Below, piece after piece: positions 1 through 15,879 of a stretch of 64,000 nt of DNA. Every line of letters begins with the position of its first letter. Within the stretch, counting starts at the first letter, position 1. The stretch is from Tubulanus polymorphus. Lineage: Eukaryota; Animalia; Nemertea. The notes below the pieces were generated by a model. The model was not told the origin of the DNA and searched no databases. It worked only from the letters and a program-made list of their open reading frames with translations. The DNA lies in the NCBI RefSeq assembly GCF_964204645.1, contig NC_134026.1, positions 28,678,150-28,742,149 of the forward strand, given 5' to 3'. The position numbers were made by a program, and so were the translations under genes.

Positions 1-675
1 TGATGCTACTGATCAAATCTTACTCGCTAGATTTGCATATGTCTTTTTAAATTAAACATTATTAAGCCAAACATCCATCTCTCCATCCGTCTGTAGTCGC
101 TGTGTATACATATGCATATCCTTTGGGAAAGTTGAGATAATGTGGGGCTTTGGTCGCCAGCCCTGAGGGTTATTCCATTAAGGTATATCGGTAGTGTTAT
201 AACTGAGGTTTTCTCTTTGCTCCGTGTTGTAAGAATATCAGTCATCGGATCAATTCAATTTCTTAAAGTTCGGTATAATTTAACTAGCATCATTTGGCTT
301 TTAGCATCTTACACTGTTGATAGAACTTCCCGGAGACTTGATTTGATGTCTCTCGCGACTAAGCCTAGGCTCGTCCTTTTGAACTTTGCGTTCACATAAA
401 ACATGATGTTGCTGAAGACGTCTGAATCTTTGAAGTACGTGTAAGTGTGATTACATCTGCTAGTTCATGATCTTAGTGACTATCTGGGGGATGAAAACCT
501 TTCCTGTCGGATTAAACCGCGTCGTTAGATATGACGATAAAAATCCGCGCCAGTTATCTTCGCCGATGTAAAAAATTCATATCAACGTTTAACATTATGG
601 ACAAACAGCGAAGATAGATTATAAGATAGCGTTTCGAGATGAGTTCGCTGTGGATAGTTAAGGCTTTACCTCCCG

Positions 676-790
676 GGGGCCAGTTCCAGTCTTAGTAAGT
701 TAGGGTTATGTAATTCTGAGTTAAAATCAGTTCATTTTCGCTATTTCAACTCTTGAGTCGAATTAAACTCACAACTGTTGAACTGGATCC
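676..790. mobile_element. Short MITE-like element; related fragments at ~57657 and ~60558-60655
   Basis: GGGGCCAGTTC / GAACTGGATCC imperfect TIR with internal inverted TGAGTT/AACTCA; GGGGCCAGTTCC recurs at 57657. Confidence 0.5.
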
Positions 791-3686
791 TGCATTCTAA
801 CAAACCCTAATCATATAATCTCGTGAACTTACCAATACATCCTTGGCAAATACCACCAAAAATGAGTTGACTTTTGTTGATAGTTGTATATATTTCAAAT
901 ACTGCTATTTGTCTGTTCTCACTGTCGATTAGAAAAACAATCGACGATAGACCTATCAAATCAATAATTCAACATTGTCATGGGGAAAGCACTTAAACTA
1001 TTGTACTTTCATATGAATCGAAGCTAGCGTAGGCACACACATCAGATAAATTGAATGACAGGTATCTGCTCGGAAATAAATTGCAGAATATTTCTCATTT
1101 CCTGGCCATGAAATTTTAATGAATCGATCCAGCAATCTAAATAGAATCTCTTCATATAGCCGACCGTCGACGCAGTATTCTGGCTTCATATATCAAAGTT
1201 CATTACGGAATATGTCTTTACGACTTTACCTTCGCTGTGGCAGAAACCTCCCTGGGCCGTCCTTACGCGTTTGATGTATGATTTTCGTTGTTTTAAGGCG
1301 TCCCGAAATTATCTTAGAACATTGTCTGAAAAAATGAAAACGATGACATTTATGTTTCCCGACGCGGCACTAAAATACAAACATTTATGATGGAGATGTA
1401 GAAAAGATTTCACGCGTATTCAGTAGTATTGAACTGTACGACTGGGTATAATTCAGCAGATGTAAGTGATACGCTAGGAAATAATTTCTTTCACCGCTCG
1501 TGGTTGAATGGACATGATTATTGAATTATCGATGTCCAATAATCGGCGCGGGTTACTTCTTACTACATCATGAATAGATCTGCCTTCGATGAAATAAAGA
1601 AAAGGAGAAATATCAGGCATTCGTTGAACCTTTTGCGTTTCAATAAAGATGAATTCAAATGATAGTTTAGACGTTTTTTTCTCAGGCTTTCAGAGATGTG
1701 AGTTTTCTGTTCTTTGATGGAAATCCTTTTTTTATCATACTTAATCCCGGCTCAGTTGGCAACTGCTCTGCTACATATTTTTGTCATTTTTTTTTTTCAA
1801 ATGGAAAATGGTGCCAGAAATTGCTACCTATTGGCTTATACATTTCAAAAGCCCTCCCCAAGAGAAAAGTTTGATGATTTCTGTCTTGGGGTAGTTGTCT
1901 CTCACATCTCTGTGTATTATAAAAGCTACATTAAGTTATAGATTAGAAACAACACTCGAATATGAAATAAACTGCAATATTGAACATGTGTTATCAACTC
2001 TGTAGTTTTAATAGTTTGAATGTATTGAGCAATTAATGAATTGATTAGCTGCAGTCCAGTGGAGTTATGCGCAACATGTGCTTCCCTAAAAAATATAATT
2101 CATAGGATAAACATGTGCTGCGGTAACTTTCTGTGCGATTTAATTAAAACTGAAATCAGTGAAAGCTCTCGATACAGAATCAGTATCCACGATGGGTTCG
2201 GGAATAAAAATTTAATTTCGCCGCCCTTGGAATTTGTCTGCATTGTCACATGTTTTAGGACGGCATATATCGCTTTATATTCAAATGCTATGATTTCCTG
2301 ATACGTTTACAAAATCTCTTCTCGGATAATGAGTCAATTTCCGTTGTATTATAACCAGCGTTATTCAAGGAATTGCTTTTTGTTTTCGCCCTTATTCTAT
2401 TACAGAAAGCGCCAGGGTTCGAACTAACTCTTGTGACGGCTTAAATAATTACAATTACCGCAGGTTGTGAATAAGGGCAGTTTAATGACTGGCAAAGATT
2501 GATGATTACGCCGGAATTAACCACGGAAATCAATGCTTTTCTACATCATTTGCAGGAATTACTTGGCAAATAAATACCGCCAATTTTAGCTGGGAAATGA
2601 AAGAAAACAATAGAATACTGTGGCCCAATTTGTTCCGTAGCAATCAAAATGCAATTATCATAGCGTTCAGTAGTGGGTCACATGGTGAACAGTGAGTGTG
2701 CAACAATTAATGCAAGGATGGTGAATAATATTTTTGGTATGAAAACCTTTAAATGACCTACGGCTCTTAAGCTAAATGATCTTTTTTTAAATTTTACCAA
2801 ATCCCTCATTAGAGGATGACGATGTTCATTCTCTGGTGCAGGAAATTCACCAGACTCACTGTCAAGTTACCCTTATTTCCTTTCTTTTTCCTGTCTACTC
2901 ATTCCTAATTTTTGGTGAGAAAATGTTGCTAGCACGATGAAATGTTGCAAATCTTCTGATATTTGTATGATAGTACGTATTTCAGATCTTCATATCCTTG
3001 GTATAAGTTCCGGTACTGCCACCAATACCTCGATACCTCATAAGTCGAGAAATGTTTGACTTCAGATCTTTTCAGTGAACCCTGTCGCCTGAATTCGATC
3101 TCGGGTTTTACGAAATTCGAGAAGTTTCGAATAACAAGCTCTAATTTTCAGATTTAAACAGCTGACGTGAAATTATATACCGGTATAATCAGCATTATAA
3201 CTGTCTGTCTAGTAAATTTCATTTCATTGCTGAATCAAGTATCTTTCTGTTTTCCTTTCATTTCAAAAGAGAAGAATCGATTCAATCGTACGATTACCAC
3301 ACATTCTTTGAGAAATACACTTTGCACTTGAAAACACAATTATCTCGAACAAAGACTTACACCTTTAGGGCTCAGAGAAAGTTAACATTCTTTATATACG
3401 TTTTTCTTTGTACGAATGAAGCTTTATTTTTGATTATTCGTTCTCAGCGGGGCGTTTAATGGGGACGATTTCCACCAGAGACGCGGAATAAATATCGCAT
3501 GTACAATAAATAGCGTTGTGACGTTGAAACCCGCATTCCGCTATTCAGACTGCACGAGCTGTACGTTTGAATAGCGCAGCTGAAGGGTTCTAACGTAGCG
3601 CCACAATCGACGATACACTGAATTTACTATTACATGTGCTCTGTGGTGTTATTGATGTCATGTACGCATAAAATTCCACTGCCCTC

Positions 3687-3704
3687 ATGAGATTTGTTAT
3701 GAAG
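3687..3704 (+). CDS. Candidate alternative first coding exon of PTBP (MRFVMK)
   Basis: ATG...ATGAAG|GTAAGC in phase 0; same TTATGAAG|GTAAG ending as 18041-18053. Confidence 0.45.
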
Positions 3705-6700
3705 GTAAGCCTAAGATATTTGATACGATTACTTTTTTGTAAAAGATCGCTATTCTGTTGGATACTTTTTGCGTTGAAATTTAGCGAGAATTTATGTTGA
3801 AACGTAGCTTCGCTGTCACTGTGCGAGTTGTTGTAGGAATGTTGACATAGTAGTTTTAACTGTATTCATTACAGATCGCAGTCGTATCAGTCAATTCATT
3901 AACGTATTTATCGATCAACGGATGATATATTTTTATGATGTGATAGATTATCGATTAGATATGCATCATTTCGATATATAAGTACAGTGTCAGCCGACGA
4001 TTGGTTATGAAGTAATGCAGTCTCTTTGATTAATGAAGTAGTGAATAGTTGCTTAACTGGCCTCATCTCGGCGTTAATTAACTGTTAAAAAGTTGATGAA
4101 TGTTTAGATGTATTAATCTGTTTTCAATATGTATTAACTATATATAGACGTATAAACTTGTTTTAACAGGTATATATATATATATATATATACCTGTGTG
4201 TTGTAAAGGTATCTCAGGTAAAGAAATGTAGAGCGTTAAATGCGGAACCAACACGTGTTACAAACATGGATAGTTTTATGTGCTGTTAAATGTCTATTAA
4301 AACCGGGTTGATAGCCTGACCAGGAAGGTATCCTACCTCACTCATCTGACTGGTTCGCTATCCTTTTTCTGCTGTGATTTGCACATGCATACATTCGTTA
4401 TCTGACAGACAGAGAAGCAGGATTGAAAAACTTCAAATTCAAAATACTGCACAATGAGATGTATTTCATTTGGGTGTTTATGTTGAAGTAATTTTGATAA
4501 CCCGTTTTAAACAGTATTTGTAAACAAATTTTATTAGTGTAGGCCGAGGAATTCATTGTTTAGAACCCATATCTCGGTTAGATATGTGTTGATATCTAGT
4601 ATTGCGATAAACGAAATCCGAAGAAAGCTGTAATCCGCACCACCTCCTTCTTGGCAAAGTTTAGTTGTTTTTGTAGGTTATTGACTGTTCTCGAAATTGT
4701 AGAACAGTTATCAGTGGGAGGCAACACTGGATAACTTTTTGAATACGAAAAAAACGCGAAACTAGTTTCAATACGGTGTTTTAATATCAATGGTCATATT
4801 GTTGCCAGCTGTCGCATCGGTTACGTTCGGTGCATCCTCTCAAAGGTAGCAGCATATTGAATGGAGATGGACTACCAATACGTCAAATACCTCACGAGTG
4901 CTGTCCTTTAGTAAGAGTATACTCGTTTGATTGACTTAATGGTTGTTGGCGCCTGGTATAAGTAAGATGAGTCTGTGGTCACACTCTCTTCACCACGTCT
5001 GCTGTGGTAGTAGTGCTGCTGCTGTCGTGCTGTCACCTCAGTCGATAATCAATGCGAGCAGAAAACAACTGAGATGTTCAATATGATTTCTCTTGTGAGA
5101 GCTGTCCGTTTCGCTGATTTTCATGATGGATTATCTCTCGTTCGAAATGTATCACGGGTTAACCCTCTGTTTTCATGCGGCGTGTTAACGATTGAATCGT
5201 GAGGATTAAGAGCTATCAATTGAATCGATACGAGAGTGCCGAGAGATAACCGGCTCTATTGAATCTACGATTTAAAGTGATTTGAATTCCCTTTGAAGAT
5301 CGGTACGTCTTAAGTACCTTATAATTTCATCAAAGTATTTTATCGACTGGAGTTCTTTAAGTCGATTCAAAAACTGAACTGTTTGATAACATGTAACATT
5401 TTAGAAGAGTTTGAGAAAGCGTAGAAGAAATATTGAGAATTGACTAGGTGTACTTAACAAAAAAGAAAACGGCTTGACATTGGAACTTTCTTTAGAATTA
5501 CTTTCCCATGGCTTAGTTTTATGCTTGAAGCATGCCTGATACCATTCATACCACACTTAACGACTATTCAAAGCTAATTTGGATAATCTAGATTTACCTG
5601 TTCTTATTTGGACAGTATTGTTATTGACACAATGATATATATTTACACAATTCTTATCAAGCAACTTTTGATTCAATATTTCAAGTGCGTCGTTGAGTTA
5701 TTTAGACTTGTCTGAAAGGTGTTAGATTTTTTATGTCTGCGAATAAGATATATTAAGATTGATGAATCAGATGTTATAAATCATAACTTCCCTTCCCCAC
5801 TCTTCAATGCTAAGCCTGTGCATGTCCTATTAAGGCATATGAAGTGAAGGCCTACCTGAAATGACGTTAATGTATGACCACACCCTGGTCATTATTGAAT
5901 GACCTATGAGACAGTGAATGGTTTGAATCTTCCATTCAAACTGCTATACTATATTCTATACAAATTACAATAGTAAGATCATATCTTCTACTAGACGAGG
6001 TTGGATGTTACATTTACCTCTGATACTAACATGTGGGCTGCAATAGCTTCTCCCATAAAAAATATTACCCCACATAAATCTCAAGTAACGAACGAACATA
6101 GAACATGTTAAACTTGTAACTGTACTATTGATAAACAGCTTCTTTCTCAACCCCCTGGGATAATAGTGTATAGGTTTGTAATAATATTGGGAAAATGTTG
6201 GATCCGATGAGATTTATCTTGAGTTGTGATATATTTGTGCCGGATACAGTGTGGATGTGGGTGTGGATGTGGGTGTGGTTGACTTGATTAGTTCAATTGT
6301 TCATTAATCATCGTTACAACACGTGTCTCGTCATAATCACATATAAGAACCTTAAGGATTTCATACATCGATATTATCAAACGTGGCTGATTCACTGATT
6401 TTCTTCCTCGATTGTTTCTAATTCGAACTTGTTCGAAGATACCGGTACCAGCAGGATGTGAACATTCAGCCGGTTTCAATAAAGTTTGCGGCTAATTTGC
6501 CGACGTGCAACGAGATGAATATATATAAAATGGATGGAACATGATTCAAATGTACCTCAGTTTCCAGACACACAAGTTTTTGCTTTCCAGATAAATAAAG
6601 AGATAACAAGCGAATAAACGCAGTTATAGATTACAATAAAGAGAGCTATAGATACTAGTTTGTATTCTTTAAGCTGTACGACAATTTTTCTTAATCAGAA

Positions 6701-8087
6701 GATACGATTGAAAGAAAGTCTCGACGCTATATGAGGAAGGAGGGACCGAGTCTGTGGCACCTCGCCTGAATATACCATGGTTGTGACGGATGGATTTGAA
6801 TGTTAAGATATGGCGCATTGTTCGGGATCTCGAGGTATCAAACTTATCACTGGTCGTCGGTGACAATAATGAAGATCTACAGATTAAACGTATACAACTG
6901 ACTGGTCAGTTTTTCTGTGCGGCAGCTACTGATTGATATTCACTCACAGTCCGACCAGATCACCACGAGCCCTTACAGAGATGGCTAAATTAGGAAGTCA
7001 GCTCGCTGATTGACGCGCATTATCCGACCTGATTGTTTCTACACTTGCAAGACTATAAAAGATGTTCTTTCCCGCAGCTGAATGTTATTGGATGCTGGTG
7101 CGGGTGCCAACGAGAGATCGATGGCTCGAAGCAGAAATGATTAGACCACATCAATTCAATCATATAGCATCGGCTATCACTGTCGTTTTAATCTGAAAGT
7201 AGTAGAATAACGTATGTTCTCAAACGTGAATAACTACCATTTATGGACGAACAGTTTTAAAAGAAAATTCTAAGAATCCAATTTTCAAATCGAATTAAAT
7301 TATTCATAGAATCACTCTGATGAGATTCTCTCAACAAATTTTCAAATTTTTATAATGGAAAAACTATTACATTCCCGTGACCCGCACTTTGCACTGTATA
7401 TTGACAAAACATATCTGCTTCGCGCTAATATTGCCCAGAAGCACGTATGTGGTTTATTTACACACATTTCACGTAAATAGTGAAACATGACCATAGAATT
7501 GATTGTAGTAATCCTCTAGTTAATAAGACATACAACACCTTTACTTCATACACCGGTGAACATTTCAGCATTCCACGTACTTCTGTTGTTCAATCATGGA
7601 AAGTGAAAATGGCCAAACACTTTTCTTTAAGGTCTTTTCAATGTCTTATTGTTACTCACCAATATTGCGTACTGTATTACTGTATTAGTGAATGAAATGT
7701 AATAAAAACTTCCCGAAATTTATTGTCTTGTACATAAAGCATAGATCTCGGACTTTTGCAGCCTTCAGCCGTGTTGATCACTGACGGCTTGCTTTCAGTG
7801 TGAGATTATAATATCAATCGCAATCCTTCAATAAAAGCCTTCCTGGTTTAAAAATTCATAAGTCATCGTAACTTCCATAAAATGGTTTGCACTCTGCCAT
7901 GTTTGCTTGGGTTACAGTAACCATGGATACCTCATGGCGTATGTACACAAGTACCTGAGTGGCTTGTTTGTCGGAAGAGTTGCGAGCTATTGGTTAAGAA
8001 ATCGTCATTCAACCAAACCCAGTTCTGTGATTCTCAGTTAGATATTCATATATCAGTTGAAACCGAGATGGGTTCTGCCTTGAACCA

Positions 8088-8385
8088 GGTTTCTAGTAGA
8101 TTGTCAAAATGCTCAGGTTTCCAATAAGGATATCCAGACACTTGCCAGACGATCTCGACTTACAGGTTTCCAGTAGACTGTCCAGATTGTTGGGTTTCCA
8201 GTAAGAGACCCAGACACTTGCCAGAAGATCTACGCTTTGAGGTTTCCAGTAGGATGTCCAGAAATTTGGATTTCCCCGATACATACCAGGAGATCTACAC
8301 TTTTGGATGTCTAGATGCTTTGGTTTCCAAAATGAGACCTAGGCACTTCACAGAAGATGTATATTTTCCAGTTGGACATCCAGAC
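8088..8385 (+). repeat. Degenerate tandem repeat (~30-50 bp units)
   Basis: Recurring GGTTTCCAGTAG..TCCAGACACTTGCCAGA..ATCT. Confidence 0.8.
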
Positions 8386-11300
8386 GATTATGTATTACAT
8401 ATATGAATGAAATACAGTACGCCATCTATTGATTAGTGATATTTATGGTTACATCATTGACGATTTTACTTCAAACTTCCTGAAGTTGAGGTTCTTAATT
8501 TCCTCGTGTTTAGTGGGCTTTGCTCATTAGCTTCCGTCTGGCGTCACCTTGGTAACAATAAAACGCGTCTTCGGTTTCACCTGGCAATGCATCATTTTTC
8601 TAGTTCATTCATCGAGAGGAATGCGTGGCACGACGCGCGCGGTAGAGCACGTGGTACGGCTGAGTGAGAAAAATGATGTTGTCATTCTAACTTCATATTA
8701 TATCAAGAGAGATAAAAGTACTGACTAATCACATGACAAGATGCTACCTGTCATCGGGTTTGGTTGCCGTGTCGATAGTTTCTATGGTTACAAGGGAAGC
8801 TACGCTAGACGCGGCGGCCGGAGACTTTCTTTCTCGTCGTAGTCGTCGCATGTATCATGCTATTTTACGATCGTCATCGTTTTAGAGATGTGAAAATGTC
8901 TTTATGTTAGTCATTCATCCCGGCATCCGATGAAAACCTTTAAAGAAATTACCATGTCACACGCTAGATAATTGATCATATTTAGCTTTTGTGCAAACTG
9001 CGCTGCGGTGTCTATATTTTTGGTCACTCGAGGCAGAGATTACAGATAGCAGTCTATGCTAATCCTGATGTATAGAAATAGATTAACTAGATGAGACAGT
9101 CATGTTATAATCTGCAGAGTGAAAGGCAACTATGAATTTCGAATGATATGAAATCCCAGACGAAGAATGAAAAAAAAAAGATTCCAAAAAGTTTCATCAG
9201 CTATAGTTCGTTCAATGTTTTCACTATATTATACCGAAGATGACTTAAGATAGAGTCTAAAACATTGCATAAGCTATAACTTGAGGAAACTTTTTGGGCT
9301 CAATTGTTTCATTCTTAGTGTGAGATTTATCGTCATAGCTCAGACCGAGTGTTTCATCAATGGTTATAAACTTCAGATGATTGCGTTCGATCTGATTTAA
9401 GCAATTCTCGGTATTCCATTGTAGCGTATGGTATAGAATTTCGTCCAATTTATATTTCTTCGATCTAAAATCCTTTTCATTTTTCTGTCTTTTCAGGTGA
9501 GTGTTATTTCTGTTATTGTGTGCGTCGGTAGTCGGTAAGTTGGCAGAACGAATCTCTTGAACGGGAAACATCGGCGACAGATTTGCTCCGTAACATTTCT
9601 TAATGATTGTTTGTGAATCATGCATAATCCATATGTTTTTATTATGATACTGTATGCAGTGATTTTCCACTTGCCTGGCAGCTTAACAACATTCAGATTT
9701 GGAATAATTTTTCTATCGTTATGTAAATCCTCGCTTTCATCACAAACTAAGACTCGCTTTATCCCGGTGCCAGTATCCGGTACTTTCATCACAGCCGTAT
9801 CAATTCTTAAGATTGATGATTTCAAACGGTGTGTCCGGACATTTTACGTAAATATAACGACTAGAATGTCTGGTCGTTACCGGAACATAAAGATCGGAAC
9901 TTAGAAAGACCGATGTGAAACCGCGAGCGTTTATAGCCTCTATAAACTGAACATCATAATATCAGTAAGGCTTCAATGTTCATCGATTTGACATCATCCT
10001 TAAAGAAAACGTCTGATGGATGATGTTCGAGTTTTTGATCGGTGCTTTGTTTTCCGTCTAGTTAGTCTGATTGGATGGTGGCGAAGTATTGATTTGTGAA
10101 CTCGCTGACACGAGAAATGCGCAGGGTATTGGTGTTTATCCGCGTAGAAACTTAACGCCGTTGTAACAAGCATGTATCCCCGCTGCGATTGACTTCATTA
10201 GCTCAAACATTACAATCGTTTGAGAAGAATATTAAGTCGTACCTGTCCGCGCAGTCATCCGCTAAGCTTTCAAATGTTAAAAATGCGTGCGAGGAAAATG
10301 TGAAACAGCTCGGTAAATTTGCTAATCGAGTTGGAATCTTAATTTCTTAGTAAAAACTAAGACTGGCCAATTCAAGCACATTATCCCTTGTTTCTTGCTA
10401 TGTCAATTTGTTTATTCTTCTGGATCATCAATTTCTTGACAAAACTTATCAGTTGGAAAAGCAACTAATCTGAATTGAAGGACAAACTATTGAAGTTCAG
10501 ACGAAACAGGTTTTCGAGTAAAATTCGCGAGATGGATCTAATCTGAACATTTTGGACGTACCAAATGACATATGTCTGATATAGTTATAGTATAGGGGGG
10601 GTGGTCCGTACACGCAGTCGGTCAGCTGTTAGTCCTCGAGCATTGTTTGACGGCACTGTGTAAAGCATCTGTTACATCTACTTACAACAATGGTAAAATC
10701 AGACTCTATATAAAACAGTGAGGGAAAAGTGCTCCAACAGCTGTAGCAAATATGTAATGAAAAATTACACCTAGTAAATCCACGAAAACTGAGAACATCA
10801 TGGATTTCATCGGGCCCTGATTTATCAATACACCGGGTTCGGTTACGCACTGCTGTCATCTAATATTACCGAAATATCCAAACCTCAAACAGTGTACCCA
10901 TATTTAGTAGTATCCACGTATCATCGATATGCAGGCAGGATGTTTCACGGTCTATATTCCACGCGGTGATGATGCGCAGAGCCATTCATTTTTAGTAAAA
11001 TTCAATTATATATAAATATGAAATAAGAGATTCTCGTCGAGCGAAAATAAAACATATGTTTCGTGGTTTGTGTTGCCATCTATTGATCAAATTTCAGATG
11101 AAAGTCATCGTCGCAACTGTTCAGAATTTGAAACCGCCGCAGCTGATGTTATTTCGTATATCGAATGTGAAATTTTCCATTTATGATTTGATTACTGGAT
11201 CCGAACATGTATGACATCAGCCATCATATTACCTTGGTGGAATAATTACTGTACATAAATCATCTGAACATATACCTCGGTTAGGACAATATCGTATAAA

Positions 11301-11692
11301 TAATCTATTAGGTTCCATGTGTCATTATGTCCGCCATAGTATAGACGCTAACATATTTCCTGTGGCCCTTGGAGGTTAGGAAGTTTACCAATAAAGCTGG
11401 TTTTATAGTCAATTGGGAGAGTGATATCCGGAGTTTATGACCAGCTAATGCCACTTTGATAAACCAGGTACCCGGCGGGGGATTCTGGATTAAAACATGT
11501 CTCTGTAGAACGGCATGAAGATTCTGCTGTGGATTATCATGATTCATAGCCGCGTACACTGACCATTTATACCATCAACCATCCCCCCAAAGAGTTACTG
11601 ATATTTCTTACTGATCATACTCAAATCCGCTCTGCGTATTCACCAGATTCACCGCGTAGATACCTGAGTTTTCCATGAAAATTGATGTGGAC

Positions 11693-11907
11693 CAGGCCCG
11701 TAGCGTGCGGAATATGCGGGTGGGTTCTTTTTCAATTTAGTTGGAACTGAATATCCCTATTTATGTTGATATAACAAAGGTCCGATTAAACGAACAGATT
11801 TAGTATACAAGTTTAATGTTGTTATACTAAGTGATACATTCTCACTTTAATATTGTTAAAAATTGATGACAACCCCCCTAAACCCCTTACCCCTTTCTAT
11901 GGGCCTG
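11693..11907. mobile_element. MITE (CAGG-terminated)
   Basis: TIR CAGGCCCGTAG / CTATGGGCCTG with G-rich and C-rich subterminal runs; no clear TSD. Confidence 0.65.
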
Positions 11908-12518
11908 TTGATAAGTTTGAGTTTTAATTAGGTTGACATTTATACGTATAAAATCCATTCACATAGGTACATTGGACCTTTAAAAAAACTTTCCAAGTGT
12001 CAATATGGAGATTAATATAAAACGGAAACCTCGGAATGGTGGAAATTGTTAGATAAACAAATGGTGCTGGCTGCTTAACAATTATTAAAAGGATTAATAT
12101 TTTTGCTGATGTTGTAACGTATACGCGCGTGCTGTGACCAGCGGAGCTGTCACGTCGCTAAAATCCATAGTCGGCAATGGTTTTCTAGCAATAAGATCGG
12201 CATTTGTTGTATTGACTGTTTCAACAGCTGGCTTGAAATACATTCAATAAATTAGTGGGCTACAACGACTTAATAGCACGCGCATTCTCCATATATACAT
12301 CTAGTACAACGCCATCATTTGTCGCGTTAATATCAAATATTTCAATCCAATCTCTTGACACAATAGAATAGCTGCGTCATATCGGCTCCGGTTCATTGTT
12401 GTGTTACCGTGGAAATCAGTAGACACTTGTTCGGTCGTCGTCAGTCACTCTATCCGGATCACTGTTTCCGCGTGTAACTCTTAGTTTTCACTATTCTACT
12501 GTTCTACCGTTTTCAAAC

Positions 12519-12557
12519 ATGCAATACGTTCACCCTTACGATCCTTGTCTTCAACAG
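12519..12557 (+). CDS. Candidate alternative first coding exon of PTBP (MQYVHPYDPCLQQ)
   Basis: aaacATG start, 13 open codons, strong CAG|GTAAG donor in phase 0 matching the 26281 acceptor; TCAGTC initiator-like motif at 12441. Confidence 0.65.
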
Positions 12558-14344
12558 GTAAGAAAAGTTTTCAGCTTATTTTTTTCTCTCTCTGTCGATA
12601 ATGGAAACCGATTAGATTATGTTTATGCGTATTTCATGTACTTATCGATAGATCTGTTCGAGGGCATTTTGAAATAAATTTTGATATGTATTTTTCTGAG
12701 TTGATCTCAAAGTTCCTGCGAGATGCACCTCTGATAACGACATCTACATGAGAGTAGTCTCTACTCGTTTTTAGAGCTCTGCAACTCCTAAAATATGAAT
12801 ATTCTCTTAGAATCAGAATAGTTTCTACTTCATTTTCAATTGAACTGCTATCTTTTACGTAGAATTACATTAATTTGTGTTGAAAACTACTTCAATTAGA
12901 AATATCAGTCTGGTCTGTATAGATGTTTCGAATTCAATAATTCCACACCTTCGCTTTCATCCTATGTTTCATATTAGTTATGGTTTTTGATATAATACTC
13001 GCCTCAAAAGATCCGCTTTATTTTTCTGCGTTCGAGTGATTGAAATGTTCTGCGGGCTAGTTACATTGAATTCACTATAGTTACCGGCTTTTTTTATCAA
13101 ATGCATGCTATTATTGTTTGTTGCACGTTATAATACAATCGGCACCAACCATAGCATTTTGTGCGAATTTAATGCGATTAGGATTCAATTTGTCGTATAG
13201 AATTCGCTCTTTTTAACACAAACGATCGGTAGTTCCCAGTACGGAAATATGCCTCGAAATATGTGACTCGTTTGAAATTGATCATTTAACGGTTCCATTC
13301 CGGCAAGAGTTTTTCATGTACAACTCGCTGAATACAAATAAGGTAAACGTCGTCGTATCTTAGGTCCTAGTTGTGATGATAAATAAATCAGGATTGTAGT
13401 TGTAAGGCTAACATCTAAAACGGCACTAATATCGAATAAAATGTAGGAATGCTGTAGCTTGTACATGTCTATATATATATATGTATGTAATACCATCAGA
13501 TATCGACCGATAGTTTGTAGTTTAAAAACAGGTGATTAAGGACATTCAGGAGAAATGGTAATCAATTATCGGATTAACGCTAAAACATTCATCCCCTACC
13601 GCAATATGCATGCGATTTAGGGGCTATTTTGTCCAGTTCACGCAGTTATTTTTGACCACCGAGAATAGCAATCTTAGGCACTTCATCTTCTATTAATTCA
13701 GCGGTCAGCAGTCCAATATTTCCACATTTAGTCACTTATGTTGATCTCGCACCTCCAGTAGTTAAGGTGAAAATTTATACATCAGGCTATGTGTTATTCT
13801 CACATAAGATCCTGAGATCAGGATTAGTGAATTTAAGCCTTGCTAAGTTAATGATATGAGAGAGTATATGGATAGAGCATAGAGTATGCCTCCACAGTAC
13901 TATTCTTAATATAAATTGGATGTTTTTGATGTTAATTGATCTGTTATTAAGCAGTATTAGTCGTCCTAATACCGGCTGAATTATGTCAATTGTTTGTTAG
14001 ATTGTCATATAGGGGTAATAACTAATAGCGGCGAGCTATAAATACCATCTGTTGAAACTGTTTCATGTGATTTGACAAAGAATACATTTAGATACATAGG
14101 ATTTCTTGTGGCCAATAGTGTACTTAGTTGGATTTCAGTGATAACATTGTTGATTTTTTACAAGCCCTGAAAAGACAATTTAGGTAGTCTCATACTGAAT
14201 ACAGGTAACAAACTATCGGTTAAGAACACATTTTCCCTGAAGGCCCCCCGTTACGAGTTCCACTGTAGCAGATCATACTCTTTTCACTGTTGCAAATGAA
14301 TTGTTTGATTACAATTTAATGAGATGTTTTTCGTTTTGACTGAT

Positions 14345-14495
14345 GAGTTGGTGACCATTTACTTGGAAATCAGGGAATAGTAATAAAAGAAAGCTAAAAG
14401 TCAGGGAAATTTATCGAGATTGCTAGGTCGCGTATTCTAAGCAGATCAAGTCGGGGAAAACGATGTCCATGTCAGGAAATAGTCAGGGAGAGTCA
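14345..14495 (+). mobile_element. Degenerate MITE-like remnant with TCAGGGAA repeats
   Basis: Five imperfect (AG)TCAGGGAAA units. Confidence 0.4.
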
Positions 14496-15877
14496 AAGTC
14501 CGCTTATCTATATTCATCATTTCAGTAAATCACTGAATACATGGATAGATTCAAATCTGAATTACATTTTTTCGATGTTGAATTCATCCAGACACTTGTG
14601 TCGAGCCTCAAGACATGACTTTTTATTGACGGGACAAATAATAAATTTATGCCATCATCATCATCATGCACCATCACAATGTTTAGCTGGCGTGATTATA
14701 TAGGCTGATACGAAGTATCTCTATCTCATCATATTGATTATATACCCAGCACTGACTGTCACAGCATCTTCTGGCCAATCAGCTGCTGACAACAATAACT
14801 GCTAGTGCTCCAGTTGAGTTATTGCCAGTGATAATTATCATCACTGATCTAAGAAGCAACAGGTGGGTGAGACGTCCCTGCGTCGTCCGTTCACTGTTAA
14901 ACTGTCCAGCACTGCGTACCGTAGTTTGTTCTGTGTTGTTTTTCACATTTATTTCGTTAACTTTTGGTCAAATATTTTCTCACGTTTTTAATTCAATTTC
15001 TCGATGAGTTTTTTCCGGATATCTAAGGCATTTAAACGTCTCGTTTTACGAGGTCTTAAAAAGTATCTCGGAGATTCTAATTTCATAATCATGAAAGGAC
15101 GCGTAGGTTAGGGGAATAGAGAGTTGCAGGTGCGTTAGCGATCTCGGGTTTTTTATCGTAAAATGAACTGACTTTTAGACCCGACACGTAAGAAGGAAAT
15201 AGTATTATTTTGTCGCTTCGTCTTAGAGATAATGATGAGAACCTCCTGCGTACAGAAACGTGACAGAATTTACGTTTTCACGATATATTTGCGTAAGTCG
15301 CGCGCGAGCCACTGCGAATTCCGTGATGGTGAATTTCTGTTACGTTTATCTGTTGATTTTGACTCAGTTTATTTCATGCTTATGTTGTTGGTTTGTTCTC
15401 CTAGTTTTCTGGCGCCAAATGCATTGTCATATTTGCGCTCCATTATTAATTTTCTGGCTTTGACGTTTGTTCAACTCTCCACGCATGAAATTTTACAAAT
15501 TGCGGCAAACATTTGCGTTGCAGGTTGATAACCCATCAGTGAATGCTTTAAAAAATAGTCGCAGAATTTCTGTCGTTAATCACTTTCATATTTGTATCGG
15601 GAAAATCCCTCGAAATTATTTAGGAACTGATATGGATTTTGATGTAGAATTTTATGAAATAATCATTTTGTTAAATTGCTGGTTTCGGAGCAATACTTTG
15701 TATAAGATATGCAAGTGTGCAAGGCAACTTAATTCCACCCTCCCCTAACTGAATGTATATCCTGATATCCTGATTAGAAAATAAATTGCTACTGTATCCG
15801 CAGTGACCAACATGTGTTTGGTATTGAATGAACTTTATACTTAATGATTTCATATAGTTATAACATATTTTATATAT

Positions 15878-15879
<2 letters not shown>
